Positions 17,209 to 24,925 of a stretch of DNA of 28,544 nt are shown here, piece after piece. A model generated the notes under the pieces. That model was not told the origin of the DNA and made no database searches. It was given only the letters and a program-made list of their open reading frames with translations. Position 1 is the first letter of the stretch; the number at the start of each line of letters is the position of its first letter. This DNA comes from Desulfitobacteriaceae bacterium (lineage in GTDB: Bacteria > Bacillota > Desulfitobacteriia > Desulfitobacteriales > Desulfitobacteriaceae). The translations under genes and the position numbers were made by a program. The stretch covers positions 1 through 28,544 of the forward strand of contig DATMYJ010000225.1 of the NCBI GenBank assembly GCA_035561015.1, given 5' to 3'.

Positions 17209-17219
17209 GAAAATTGCAA

Positions 17220-17399
17220 CTATTTACTGCTTTCGATTACTTGTCTGGTCTTATAATATCCGCAAGACGGGCAAATAAAGTGCTGTAATTTTGGCTGATG
17301 ACATTGGGGGCATTCAATGTGGTTAGGAGCAGTTATTTTCCACATAGCCCTACGTTTACGTACTCTGGACTTGGATTGTCGATGTTGAGCAACACCCAT
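17220..17399 (-). CDS. rpmF: 50S ribosomal protein L32 (Zn-ribbon form); not in the ORF track (59 aa)
   Basis: Hand translation MGVAQHRQSKSRVRKRRAMWKITAPNHIECPQCHQPKLQHFICPSCGYYKTRQVIESSK; RBS AGGGGGTG; follows yceD. Confidence 0.95.
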   Translation of the reverse strand: MGVAQHRQSKSRVRKRRAMWKITAPNHIECPQCHQPKLQHFICPSCGYYKTRQVIESSK

Positions 17400-17427
17400 G
17401 GCTTACACCCCCTTTAATACCTCACAA

Positions 17428-17937
17428 TTAATTCTCTGAGCGCCATTCAATTAAAGCCGCTAAGCGCGGATCCACTTTCTTGTCCTGACATTCACATTTG
17501 GCCATGTTCCGGTTAACTCCGCAATAGGGACAGAGTCCCCGGCAATCTGGAGAACAAAGGAATTTCATCGGCAAAGCCATTACAATTTGTTCCAGAATCC
17601 GATCCCCTATTTCAATTACATCCTTATCAAAAAGCAGCGCTGTTTCTCTCTGATCTTCGGATGCCAGATCACGCGCAACCCATTCATCTTCATATAGCAA
17701 ATCCAGAGGATAAATGAATTCTTCCAGACAACGAGCACAGGTTGCAACAAGTTCTGTCCGGATAGTTCCTTTAACTGATAAGAACTTTCCGGTATTTTGG
17801 ATCTTGAGCTGAATGTGAAGTGGCGTCTTAAAGGATAAGTTATCCGTTCCAAATAGAAATCCGGGAATTTGCTCGCTGACTTCGAAGCAAACAACAGATC
17901 CCGCCTCCCGCCGAACCTGACCTATATCTAATTCCAT
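17428..17937 (-). CDS. yceD: YceD/DUF177 family protein
   Basis: CARCL and CSPDCRGLCPYCG..C..C motifs, DPRLAAL C-terminus; conserved position before rpmF. Confidence 0.92.
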   Translation of the reverse strand: MELDIGQVRREAGSVVCFEVSEQIPGFLFGTDNLSFKTPLHIQLKIQNTGKFLSVKGTIRTELVATCARCLEEFIYPLDLLYEDEWVARDLASEDQRETALLFDKDVIEIGDRILEQIVMALPMKFLCSPDCRGLCPYCGVNRNMAKCECQDKKVDPRLAALIEWRSEN

Positions 17938-17962
17938 GTTACCACCTCAATACACATAAACC

Positions 17963-17991
17963 ATTATAGTGGGCACTATTTTCTTTGTCAA
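17963..17991 (-). promoter_or_regulatory. Consensus sigmaA promoter for yceD-rpmF
   Basis: Perfect TTGACA (17991-17986), 17-nt spacer, TATAAT (17968-17963). Confidence 0.85.
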
Positions 17992-18131
17992 GCAAATAGC
18001 CGTATTCTCCCCATCTTCCCTGTCTCAATTTAAACCTGCCAATCTTTACTGCTGAGTGCGCATGTTCAGCGGGATTCGCCTCAGCGAACGGTCAACAGCA
18101 GTGCTGTACGCAAAACGAAAGAGCGAGTTGA

Positions 18132-18623
18132 TTACTCACTCTTTTCCTCTGTTTCCCCACTTTTTTCCTGGAAGGAGGTTATCTTCAGCTCCTCACGGTT
18201 CCGCCTGATGGCCTGCGTTATCTCCTGAATCCTGGTTTCAACGCTTTCCAGTAATTCGTCAGCATAATGTACAGCCCCATATTTAACTTCGCGGGCGTAG
18301 GTTTGCGCCTGTTGAACAACATCTTCGGCATAACCCTGGGCTTGTTTGACTATTTCGTTGTCTTCGGCCATTTTTTCCACATAAGATTTGCCGCGATCCA
18401 TCAATTTCTGAGCCTCTGCCTGAGCCTCATTAATTATTCTTTGGCGCTCATTCAATACCCACTTCGCATTGCGTATTTCCTCGGGCATAAGGGAACGTAC
18501 GCGGTCCAGCAATTCAAATAGCACAGAATCATCCACCATAACTTTCCCTGTCAAAGGAATCTTGACCCCCCGGTCAACAATTTCCTCTAATTCATCCAGC
18601 AAACTTAAAACATCACTATCCAA
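18132..18623 (-). CDS. Conserved coiled-coil protein (often annotated 'ATPase' or ATP synthase subunit-like) normally found after rsmD-coaD
   Basis: LDELEEIV...KIPLTGKVMVD...PEEIRNAKWVL pattern with heptad repeats; TTG start 7 nt after GGGGAGG. Confidence 0.8.
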   Translation of the reverse strand: MDSDVLSLLDELEEIVDRGVKIPLTGKVMVDDSVLFELLDRVRSLMPEEIRNAKWVLNERQRIINEAQAEAQKLMDRGKSYVEKMAEDNEIVKQAQGYAEDVVQQAQTYAREVKYGAVHYADELLESVETRIQEITQAIRRNREELKITSFQEKSGETEEKSE

Positions 18624-18641
18624 AATCCAACCTCCCCACTC

Positions 18642-19190
18642 TTATAGATCCACGCGTTGATAATACCAAACCTTAGTATCTCCGTATTTATCCACTTTAC
18701 GTATTTCAAAAGGATATAATTCATCAGCCAAATCTTCATTTTTATCCGTCTCCGCCACAATTACACCATTTGGACTCAGGCGGCAGGGATTTGCCAGTAC
18801 GGCCAAAACACGAGCCGTTAATCCCCGGCGATAGGGAGGATCAAGAAAAATGAGATCGAACACCTCTTGACTACTATTTAAATACTGTAAAGCTTCCTGA
18901 AGTATAAGTCTAGTGCGGTCCTTTACCCCGGTTATTTCGATATTTTCCCTGATTACTTTCCAAGCAGCAGAACTTTTCTCAACCAAAACCGCCTCCCTGG
19001 CACCCCGTGACAGAGCCTCAAGAGCCAGATTCCCGGTACCGGCAAAAAGGTCTAATACCCTGGCATCCGCCACCTTATCCCTCAGGACATTAAATATGGC
19101 ACCTTTCACTTTGTCCGAAGTGGGACGGGTTGACAGACCCTGGACAGTTTTAAGCTTGCGTCCGCGCATAGTTCCAGCAATAATCCGCAT
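18642..19190 (-). CDS. rsmD: 16S rRNA m2G966 methyltransferase
   Basis: MRIIAG, RPTSDKVKGAIFN, LDLFAGTG, EALSRGA and FLDPPY; ATG 19190 after AGGGGGAG. Confidence 0.95.
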   Translation of the reverse strand: MRIIAGTMRGRKLKTVQGLSTRPTSDKVKGAIFNVLRDKVADARVLDLFAGTGNLALEALSRGAREAVLVEKSSAAWKVIRENIEITGVKDRTRLILQEALQYLNSSQEVFDLIFLDPPYRRGLTARVLAVLANPCRLSPNGVIVAETDKNEDLADELYPFEIRKVDKYGDTKVWYYQRVDL

Positions 19191-19205
19191 TAAACTCCCC
19201 CTAGT

Positions 19206-19214
19206 ATTATAACA
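19206..19214 (-). promoter_or_regulatory. Extended -10 element upstream of rsmD
   Basis: TGtTATAAT, 15 nt before the ATG; no clear -35. A second TGtTAAAAT lies about 35 nt upstream. Confidence 0.45.
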
Positions 19215-19367
19215 ATCCTGGACCTGAGAAAACCAGACCATTTTAACAAAATTTTTCATTCGCTTTTCCGACGCCATACGGCCGCTTAAGACCTGCTCCA
19301 GTATAGCTGTTTTGCAGCCGATACGGCGACAGCCATGTTCCGGAGCAGATGGTCTGCTTCTGCCGCT

Positions 19368-21737
19368 TCAGTGCAGTCCGATTTTTTCGGCAGAAAAGAA
19401 CTGTTCCACCTCCCGCAGCAAGGCGGCATATTTGTGCGGATTTTGCATAACTTTGCCGGTCATAAGATTGGCTTTCTCAAAAATGGCGGCATCCAGGAGG
19501 GGATCTGCAAGACGCAATTCGGGCAGACCGTGCTGACGGGTACCCAAAATTTCTCCCGGTCCCCGCAGCCGCAAATCTTCTTCGGCAATTTTAAAGCCAT
19601 CGTTAGTCCGGCAGAGAATATTCAGACGCTGACTGTCTTTGGTTTCTGTCATAAGAATGCAAATAGACTTTTCCCTGCCCCGCCCTACCCTTCCGCGCAG
19701 CTGATGAATCTGAGCCAGGCCAAAACGTTCGGCTCCCTCTATCACCATAACTGTGGCATTAGGTATATTGATCCCAACTTCGATTACAGTCGTCGCCACC
19801 AAAATATCGGCCTTATGAGCCAGAAAATCCAGCATGATAGATTCCTTATCCTGACCTTTCATCTTGCCGTGTAACAGTAAAACACGACGCTGCGGGAAAC
19901 GTTTCTGCAAGCAGAGGGCTCTTTCGTTCGCTGAGGCAATATCCATGAATTCCGATTCTTGCAGCAGAGGACAAACAACAAATATCTGGCGGCCCAGAAC
20001 CATTTGTTCTTCCATAAATGCTTCGAGCTCAGGTCGCCCCTGTCCGGACAATATTTTTGTTATCACCGGTTGGCGGCCGGCCGGCAATTCATCCAGAACG
20101 GAGAGTTGCAAATCCCCATATATGGTAAGAGCCAGGGTGCGGGGTATGGGGGTGGCAGTAAGAACCAGAACATGGGGATTTTCTCCTTTATACTGTAACT
20201 GGGTCCGCTGGCGTACCCCAAAACGATGCTGTTCATCCGTAATTGTCAGACCCAAGGCCTTAAATTTAATATTTTCCTGGATCAAAGAGTGCGTGCCCAC
20301 GATCACCTGAGCACGGCCTTCAGCAATCTCCTCCTGATTGGCTGCCCTCTCAGCCCGTTTTTGACTGCCCAGCAAAATAGCAGTCCTGATACCCAGAGGT
20401 TCAAACTGTTCTGAAAGCAGATGGTAATGCTGCCAGGCCAGAATCTCAGTCGGAGCCATCAGTGCTCCCTGATATCCCGATTCAACCGCACGCAATAAGG
20501 CGGTCATAGCTACAACTGTTTTGCCTGAACCCACATCACCCTGCACCAAGCGGGCCATTCCCCTGCAGCCCTTCATATCCCGAAAAATTTCCGCAATAAC
20601 CCTTTCCTGGGCTGAAGTCAAACGGAAAGGCAACCCAGCCCGAAAACGCCTAACCAGATCACCGCCTCCTGGCAGCGGAGGGCTATCCTGCCGTTCTATC
20701 CCCAGACGCATCCGGGCCACAGCTAATTGCAGAAAAGTAATTTCTTCCCAGACCAAGCGTTCCCGCGCTTTCTGCAGACTGTCCCAAGATGTGGGGAAAT
20801 GGATCTCCCTATGGGCCAAAGCCCGCTCCATCCACTCCGGCTGATCTTCTTTTTCCAGAAATTCCGGAAAATACTGATCTGTATAAAACAGCACCCCTTT
20901 GATGACAGTCCGCAATACCCGGGAAGATAAACCGGCGCTTTCGGGATAAAGCGGGACAATCTCTGTCTCTGCCAGAGGTGTCCTGGCCTGGGAAGCAGCA
21001 TAATTTTCCTCCCAGGCAAATTTATTGATCTCACTGGCTAATATTTCCGGAGTCCTTTGAAAAAAACGAACTTTTCCTGTTACTGAAACAAGAGTTCCCG
21101 GCAGATACTGTTTGATGATATAGGACTGGTTAAACCAGACCGCATAGGCCCGGCATCCATCCTGTTCCAGAGCAAGCTTAATTACTTTGATTTTTCCCCC
21201 GGAAACCTGACTGCCTATAATCCGGGCAGTAATAGTGACACATTCGCCATCTTTAAGCTGAGCGATGTTAACCTGACGTCGCTCTTCATAACGGCGGGGA
21301 TAATACAGAAGCAGGTCCTCAATGGTATCAATTCCAGCTTTCTGTAACTGTTTAAACCTTTGAGGACCTATTCCTTTAAGATATTGCAGCTCACTTTTTT
21401 CGGTCTGCCTGGCAGCAACAGGTTTTTGGGCCGGCTTTATCTCAGGCTTTATTTCGGGCTTCTTTTCGGGTCCTGTTTCGAGCCGGTCCAGAAAACCGGC
21501 CAAAGCGCTTAAACCCTGCCGCCTTGAAAGTGAATCCCAAACCTGATACTCAGCAGCAATTTGTTTGACAGAGGCAAAGTCAGCCCCGGGAAAAAGCTGT
21601 TTCAGCCTCGGTATCATCCCTAATATAAAAACATGAAAGCCCCCAACCGCTCCTGTATTGACATATCCTTGCCTTTCTTCAGTCTGAAAGGCCCTTCTGA
21701 GATTATTTAACACAACCTGTTGTTGCCTATCGAGCAT
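19368..21737 (-). CDS. recG: ATP-dependent DNA helicase RecG
   Basis: LKGIGP, LLLYYPRRYE wedge region, QGDVGSGKT, MAPTEILA, DEQH, TATPIPRTLA, QLRGRVGRG and EEDLRLRGPGE; 789 aa with an N-terminal extension. Confidence 0.96.
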   Translation of the reverse strand: MLDRQQQVVLNNLRRAFQTEERQGYVNTGAVGGFHVFILGMIPRLKQLFPGADFASVKQIAAEYQVWDSLSRRQGLSALAGFLDRLETGPEKKPEIKPEIKPAQKPVAARQTEKSELQYLKGIGPQRFKQLQKAGIDTIEDLLLYYPRRYEERRQVNIAQLKDGECVTITARIIGSQVSGGKIKVIKLALEQDGCRAYAVWFNQSYIIKQYLPGTLVSVTGKVRFFQRTPEILASEINKFAWEENYAASQARTPLAETEIVPLYPESAGLSSRVLRTVIKGVLFYTDQYFPEFLEKEDQPEWMERALAHREIHFPTSWDSLQKARERLVWEEITFLQLAVARMRLGIERQDSPPLPGGGDLVRRFRAGLPFRLTSAQERVIAEIFRDMKGCRGMARLVQGDVGSGKTVVAMTALLRAVESGYQGALMAPTEILAWQHYHLLSEQFEPLGIRTAILLGSQKRAERAANQEEIAEGRAQVIVGTHSLIQENIKFKALGLTITDEQHRFGVRQRTQLQYKGENPHVLVLTATPIPRTLALTIYGDLQLSVLDELPAGRQPVITKILSGQGRPELEAFMEEQMVLGRQIFVVCPLLQESEFMDIASANERALCLQKRFPQRRVLLLHGKMKGQDKESIMLDFLAHKADILVATTVIEVGINIPNATVMVIEGAERFGLAQIHQLRGRVGRGREKSICILMTETKDSQRLNILCRTNDGFKIAEEDLRLRGPGEILGTRQHGLPELRLADPLLDAAIFEKANLMTGKVMQNPHKYAALLREVEQFFSAEKIGLH
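21423..21470 (-). repeat. 12-nt coding tandem repeat in recG (PEKK-PEIK-PEIK-PAQK)
   Basis: cccgaaaagaag cccgaaataaag cctgagataaag ccggcccaaaaa on the minus strand. Confidence 0.7.
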
Positions 21738-21759
21738 AAATATCAGTTCTAATCCTTTC

Positions 21760-22161
21760 TCATTGCGTAAGTGCCGCCTTTTCTATTTTGTCCGGTTTTT
21801 CTTCTTTTTCCAAAATCCGGACACCCTGCACATAGACATTTACTTTATTTACGGAAAATCCGGTATACTTCTCAATGGCCCGACGAACTCGGTCCATGAC
21901 AGCGGCAGCTGTCTCCGAAATATTAATGCCGTAACAAACAATAATATAAAGATCGATACTGGCCTCATTCTCCTCAATAGTTACGACAACGCCCCGCGCC
22001 AAATTCTCACGACGCAGCAGGTCAGCAAAACCGTCCTTTATTTTGCGCGAAGCCATTCCTACCAGGCCCTGACATTCCAGAGCTGCTCCGCCTGCTATGG
22101 TAGCAATAACTTCTTCCGATATATTGATTTTTCCCAAGTTGTTCTTGATTTCTTTTCCCAT
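21760..22161 (-). CDS. Asp23/Gls24 family protein (YloU-like)
   Basis: GKINISEEVIATIAGGAALEC.GLVGM, GINISE and VNVYVQGV; ATG 22161 after GGAAGGGGG; divergent from rpmB. Confidence 0.92.
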   Translation of the reverse strand: MGKEIKNNLGKINISEEVIATIAGGAALECQGLVGMASRKIKDGFADLLRRENLARGVVVTIEENEASIDLYIIVCYGINISETAAAVMDRVRRAIEKYTGFSVNKVNVYVQGVRILEKEEKPDKIEKAALTQ

Positions 22162-22186
22162 TGACAAATGCCCCCTTCCGGCATCC

Positions 22187-22215
22187 TTTATAATTATAAT
22201 TTTAGTATCTGTCAT
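22187..22215 (-). promoter_or_regulatory. Possible sigmaA promoter for asp23-recG
   Basis: ATGACA, 17-nt spacer, TATAAA, with an overlapping TATAAT. Confidence 0.45.
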
Positions 22216-22253
22216 ATTAAGCTACTCGCGGATAATGAAATTATTATTCTGTC

Positions 22254-22282
22254 TTGCCAAGCTACAATATTTTTGTTAAACT
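22254..22282 (+). promoter_or_regulatory. sigmaA promoter for rpmB
   Basis: TTGCCA (22254-22259), 17-nt spacer, TAAACT (22277-22282), with extended TG. Confidence 0.7.
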
Positions 22283-22319
22283 TAAAAAGTGTCATTTCGT
22301 GTGCAAGGAGGTAAAAGAC

Positions 22320-22511
22320 ATGGCTAACACATGTGCTGTATGTGGCAAAGGAGTTCGTACCGGAATGCAGGTAAGCCATTCTCATATTCGAACAAAAAGG
22401 ACCTGGAAACCAAATTTACAACGGGTTCATGCCTTGGTTAACGGTACACCTGTCCGACTCAGAGTATGCACCAGATGTCTGCGTTCCGGTAAGGTCCAGC
22501 GTGCCGTCTGA
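22320..22511 (+). CDS. rpmB: 50S ribosomal protein L28 (Zn-ribbon form)
   Basis: [10 protein letters not shown]...[16 protein letters not shown]...CTRCLRSG, 63 aa; AAGGAGGT RBS before ATG 22320. Confidence 0.97.
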   Translation: MANTCAVCGKGVRTGMQVSHSHIRTKRTWKPNLQRVHALVNGTPVRLRVCTRCLRSGKVQRAV

Positions 22512-22582
22512 ACATACCCTCAATTTAATTTAACTTAACTTAAGTTATTAATCAATTTTTCCAAATTAATTTTCCCTAAGTC

Positions 22583-22611
22583 AAAGAGTCCGATCCGTTC
22601 GGGCTTTTTTT
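22583..22611 (+). terminator. Intrinsic terminator for rpmB, possibly bidirectional with thiN
   Basis: AGTCCGA-TCCGT-TCGGGCT stem followed by a T-tract; A-rich on the left; between convergent genes. Confidence 0.8.
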
Positions 22612-22626
22612 CATTATTGCTCAGAA

Positions 22627-23286
22627 TTACATCTCAGCAGTGTATGCATTGGTTAATATTGCCAGCACCCAGCCTTCATCGACCTGAACAAATCCTTGTG
22701 TTTCCATAAAAATATTACTTATGCCCCTGGTGGAATCCTGAAATAAATTTTCGTATTTTAAAGGATAATAGAAGCCTTCGGTTGTCACAACTGCTTTTTC
22801 AGTCAGGGGTATGAGAGATATTTCCTGGCCAATATTTCCGGAAATACTTTCCTGCTTCTGAATAATCCAGATAAGGTGTTCCGGATCCTTGAGTATAATT
22901 TTCCAACCCCGCTGAGCATAGTTTAATAAGAGAGCAATATTCCCCAAAAGATGGTCAATTCTTCCGCCTGTGGCACCATAGAGCCAGACTTCACTTTCCA
23001 GATACTCCGCCGGAGCCTGAAAACGGGTATAATCCAAAGCAAGCTCCAAATCAGTCTGGTCTTTTTCTTTCGGATAGCGAATGATCTTCGTTCCGCCTTC
23101 TATACATTTTATCAAATTCTCGGGTGTTATCGAATCCAAATCTCCTATCAGAACATCAGGCAGACGACCGGAAAGCAGGGCTGAGTTACCGCCGCCGTCA
23201 GCACATACCAGAAAGCCGACCTCGACCAATTCCTGCCTGCCCCATTCGCTGTCCCATACACCATTAACTAACACCGCAATTTTCAA
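22627..23286 (-). CDS. thiN: Thiamine pyrophosphokinase
   Basis: CADGG, IGDLDS, KDQTDLELAL, GATGGRIDHLLGN and RGISN; TTG start at 23286 or 23292 behind GAGGAG. Confidence 0.93.
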   Translation of the reverse strand: MKIAVLVNGVWDSEWGRQELVEVGFLVCADGGGNSALLSGRLPDVLIGDLDSITPENLIKCIEGGTKIIRYPKEKDQTDLELALDYTRFQAPAEYLESEVWLYGATGGRIDHLLGNIALLLNYAQRGWKIILKDPEHLIWIIQKQESISGNIGQEISLIPLTEKAVVTTEGFYYPLKYENLFQDSTRGISNIFMETQGFVQVDEGWVLAILTNAYTAEM

Positions 23287-23363
23287 CTTCAACCTGCTCC
23301 TCAAAAAGTGGATTAATCTCCCTGCTCCACAATGATAGATTCATGCTTATTTTTATTTTACCC

Positions 23364-24026
23364 TTATCCCCTCTGATTGATTGCCGTTAGCAGTTCCCGC
23401 AAAGCCAGGGCTGGATCAGGCGCGGAAAAAATTGCTGCTCCCGCCACTAATATCTCGGCCCCGGCCTGGACGACAGCAGCAGCGGTTCCGGCATGTATCC
23501 CGCCATCAACCTCGATCTGACAAGGTAATTGCAGTTCTCTCAGATAACGATGCAGGGATTCGATTTTGGGCAAAACATTGGGAATAAATTCCTGACCGCC
23601 AAAGCCGGGATTAACAGTCATAAACAAGACCATATCTAAATCTTCCAGAATATACCGCAAACCATCCCAGGGGGTAGCCGGATTAAGAGCTACTCCTGCT
23701 GTGATTCCCAGACCTTTTATCTGCTGGATCACCCTGTGTATATGGGGAGTAGCCTCCAAATGAACAGTAATATGATCCGCTCCTGCTGCCGCGAATTGTT
23801 CGACAAAGCTCTCGGGTTTTTCAATCATGAGATGAACATCAAAGCGAAGTTTGCTGCAGCCCCGCAGGGATTTTACCAGAGACGGTCCCAAAGTAAGATT
23901 GGGCACAAAATGTCCATCCATAACGTCTATGTGGAGCAGTTCCGCACCGGCCTGTTCCACTGTCTTTATTTCTTCTCCCAGCCGGGAAAAATCGGCTGAT
24001 AATATAGAAGGCGCCACCCTGATCAC
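23364..24026 (-). CDS. rpe: Ribulose-phosphate 3-epimerase
   Basis: APSILSADF, HIDVMDGHFVPNLT, DVHLMI, MTVNPGFGGQ and EVDGG. Confidence 0.97.
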   Translation of the reverse strand: MIRVAPSILSADFSRLGEEIKTVEQAGAELLHIDVMDGHFVPNLTLGPSLVKSLRGCSKLRFDVHLMIEKPESFVEQFAAAGADHITVHLEATPHIHRVIQQIKGLGITAGVALNPATPWDGLRYILEDLDMVLFMTVNPGFGGQEFIPNVLPKIESLHRYLRELQLPCQIEVDGGIHAGTAAAVVQAGAEILVAGAAIFSAPDPALALRELLTAINQRG

Positions 24027-24027
24027 A

Positions 24028-24906
24028 TTAATAACTCCTCTCGCTTACCATTAATTCCTGTAAAAATATTAAGTAATGTTCATATCGCAGAGCCAGGATG
24101 TCCCGACTTTTAACTGCTTCCTTAACCGCACAATCAGGTTCTTTGTTATGAAGACAGCTTTTGAAGCGGCAGCGGCCAAGATAAGACATAAATTCCGGGA
24201 AAAGCCCTGCCAACTCCTCTTTTTTCATTTTAGGTAAATCAAGGGAAGAAAAACCGGGCGTGTCAGCGACCAAACCACCGGCACAGACCATCAGCTCAAC
24301 ATGTCTGGTGGTATGACGTCCGCGGGCAATTTTACGGCTGACCCTACTGGTTTTGAGCTCCAGGCCAGGACACAGCGCATTCAGCAAACTGGATTTACCA
24401 ACGCCGGACTGTCCGGCCAGTACGCTGATTTTCCCCTCCAGACAATGCCGGACTTTCTCTAGTCCCTGGCCGCTAACACTGGAAATCCGGTAAACCTCAT
24501 AGCCGATTTTTTCGTAATAAGCAAACAGGTCTTCGGCCTTCTGGTTAGTACTATCCCCCAAGTCTGTCTTGGTCACAACCAACACAGGTTTGATATCAGC
24601 CTCACTTACCTGAATTAACAGACGATCCAGAAAATTGTAATCCGGGTTGGGCGAGGTCTGGGCAAATATCAGCAAGGCCTGGTCCACATTGACTATCGGG
24701 GGACGAGTCAGAACATTATGCCGTTTCTCCACCTCTTCGATGGACGCCTTACCCGGGCCCGAAGGCAAAATCTTTACCCGGTCACCGGGGAAAAAATCCT
24801 GATCCTTAATACGAAAGCGACCGCGCAGGGAGCATTCCCATACCCGGTCTTGGGCAAAAACATAGTAGAAACCGCTGTAGCCTTTGAGTATGATACCTTG
24901 TATCAT
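24028..24906 (-). CDS. rsgA: Ribosome small subunit-dependent GTPase A
   Basis: OB-fold N-terminus, TKTD, GQSGVGKSSL, GRHTTR, DTPG and Zn finger CRFKSCLHNKEPDC. Confidence 0.97.
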   Translation of the reverse strand: MIQGIILKGYSGFYYVFAQDRVWECSLRGRFRIKDQDFFPGDRVKILPSGPGKASIEEVEKRHNVLTRPPIVNVDQALLIFAQTSPNPDYNFLDRLLIQVSEADIKPVLVVTKTDLGDSTNQKAEDLFAYYEKIGYEVYRISSVSGQGLEKVRHCLEGKISVLAGQSGVGKSSLLNALCPGLELKTSRVSRKIARGRHTTRHVELMVCAGGLVADTPGFSSLDLPKMKKEELAGLFPEFMSYLGRCRFKSCLHNKEPDCAVKEAVKSRDILALRYEHYLIFLQELMVSERSY

Positions 24907-24925
24907 TCTTTACCTCGTTTTCCCA

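Noticed and set aside
19191-19367. Small acid-soluble spore protein gene, seen near recG-rsmD in some clostridia
   Set aside because: The gap is only 177 nt and has no SASP-like ORF.
18078-19937. 12-nt match GTTCGCTGAGGC between the 18.08 kb spacer (minus strand) and recG (plus strand)
   Set aside because: Many 12-mer matches are expected by chance in 28 kb.
19335-20844. Plus-strand ORFs antisense to recG (179, 148 and 107 aa)
   Set aside because: Fully overlap a well-conserved gene on the opposite strand; no motifs or SD.
23292-23329. Repeat CCTGCTCC twice in the rpe-thiN gap (also at 19292)
   Set aside because: Short, and one copy is the GGAG-containing RBS; likely chance.
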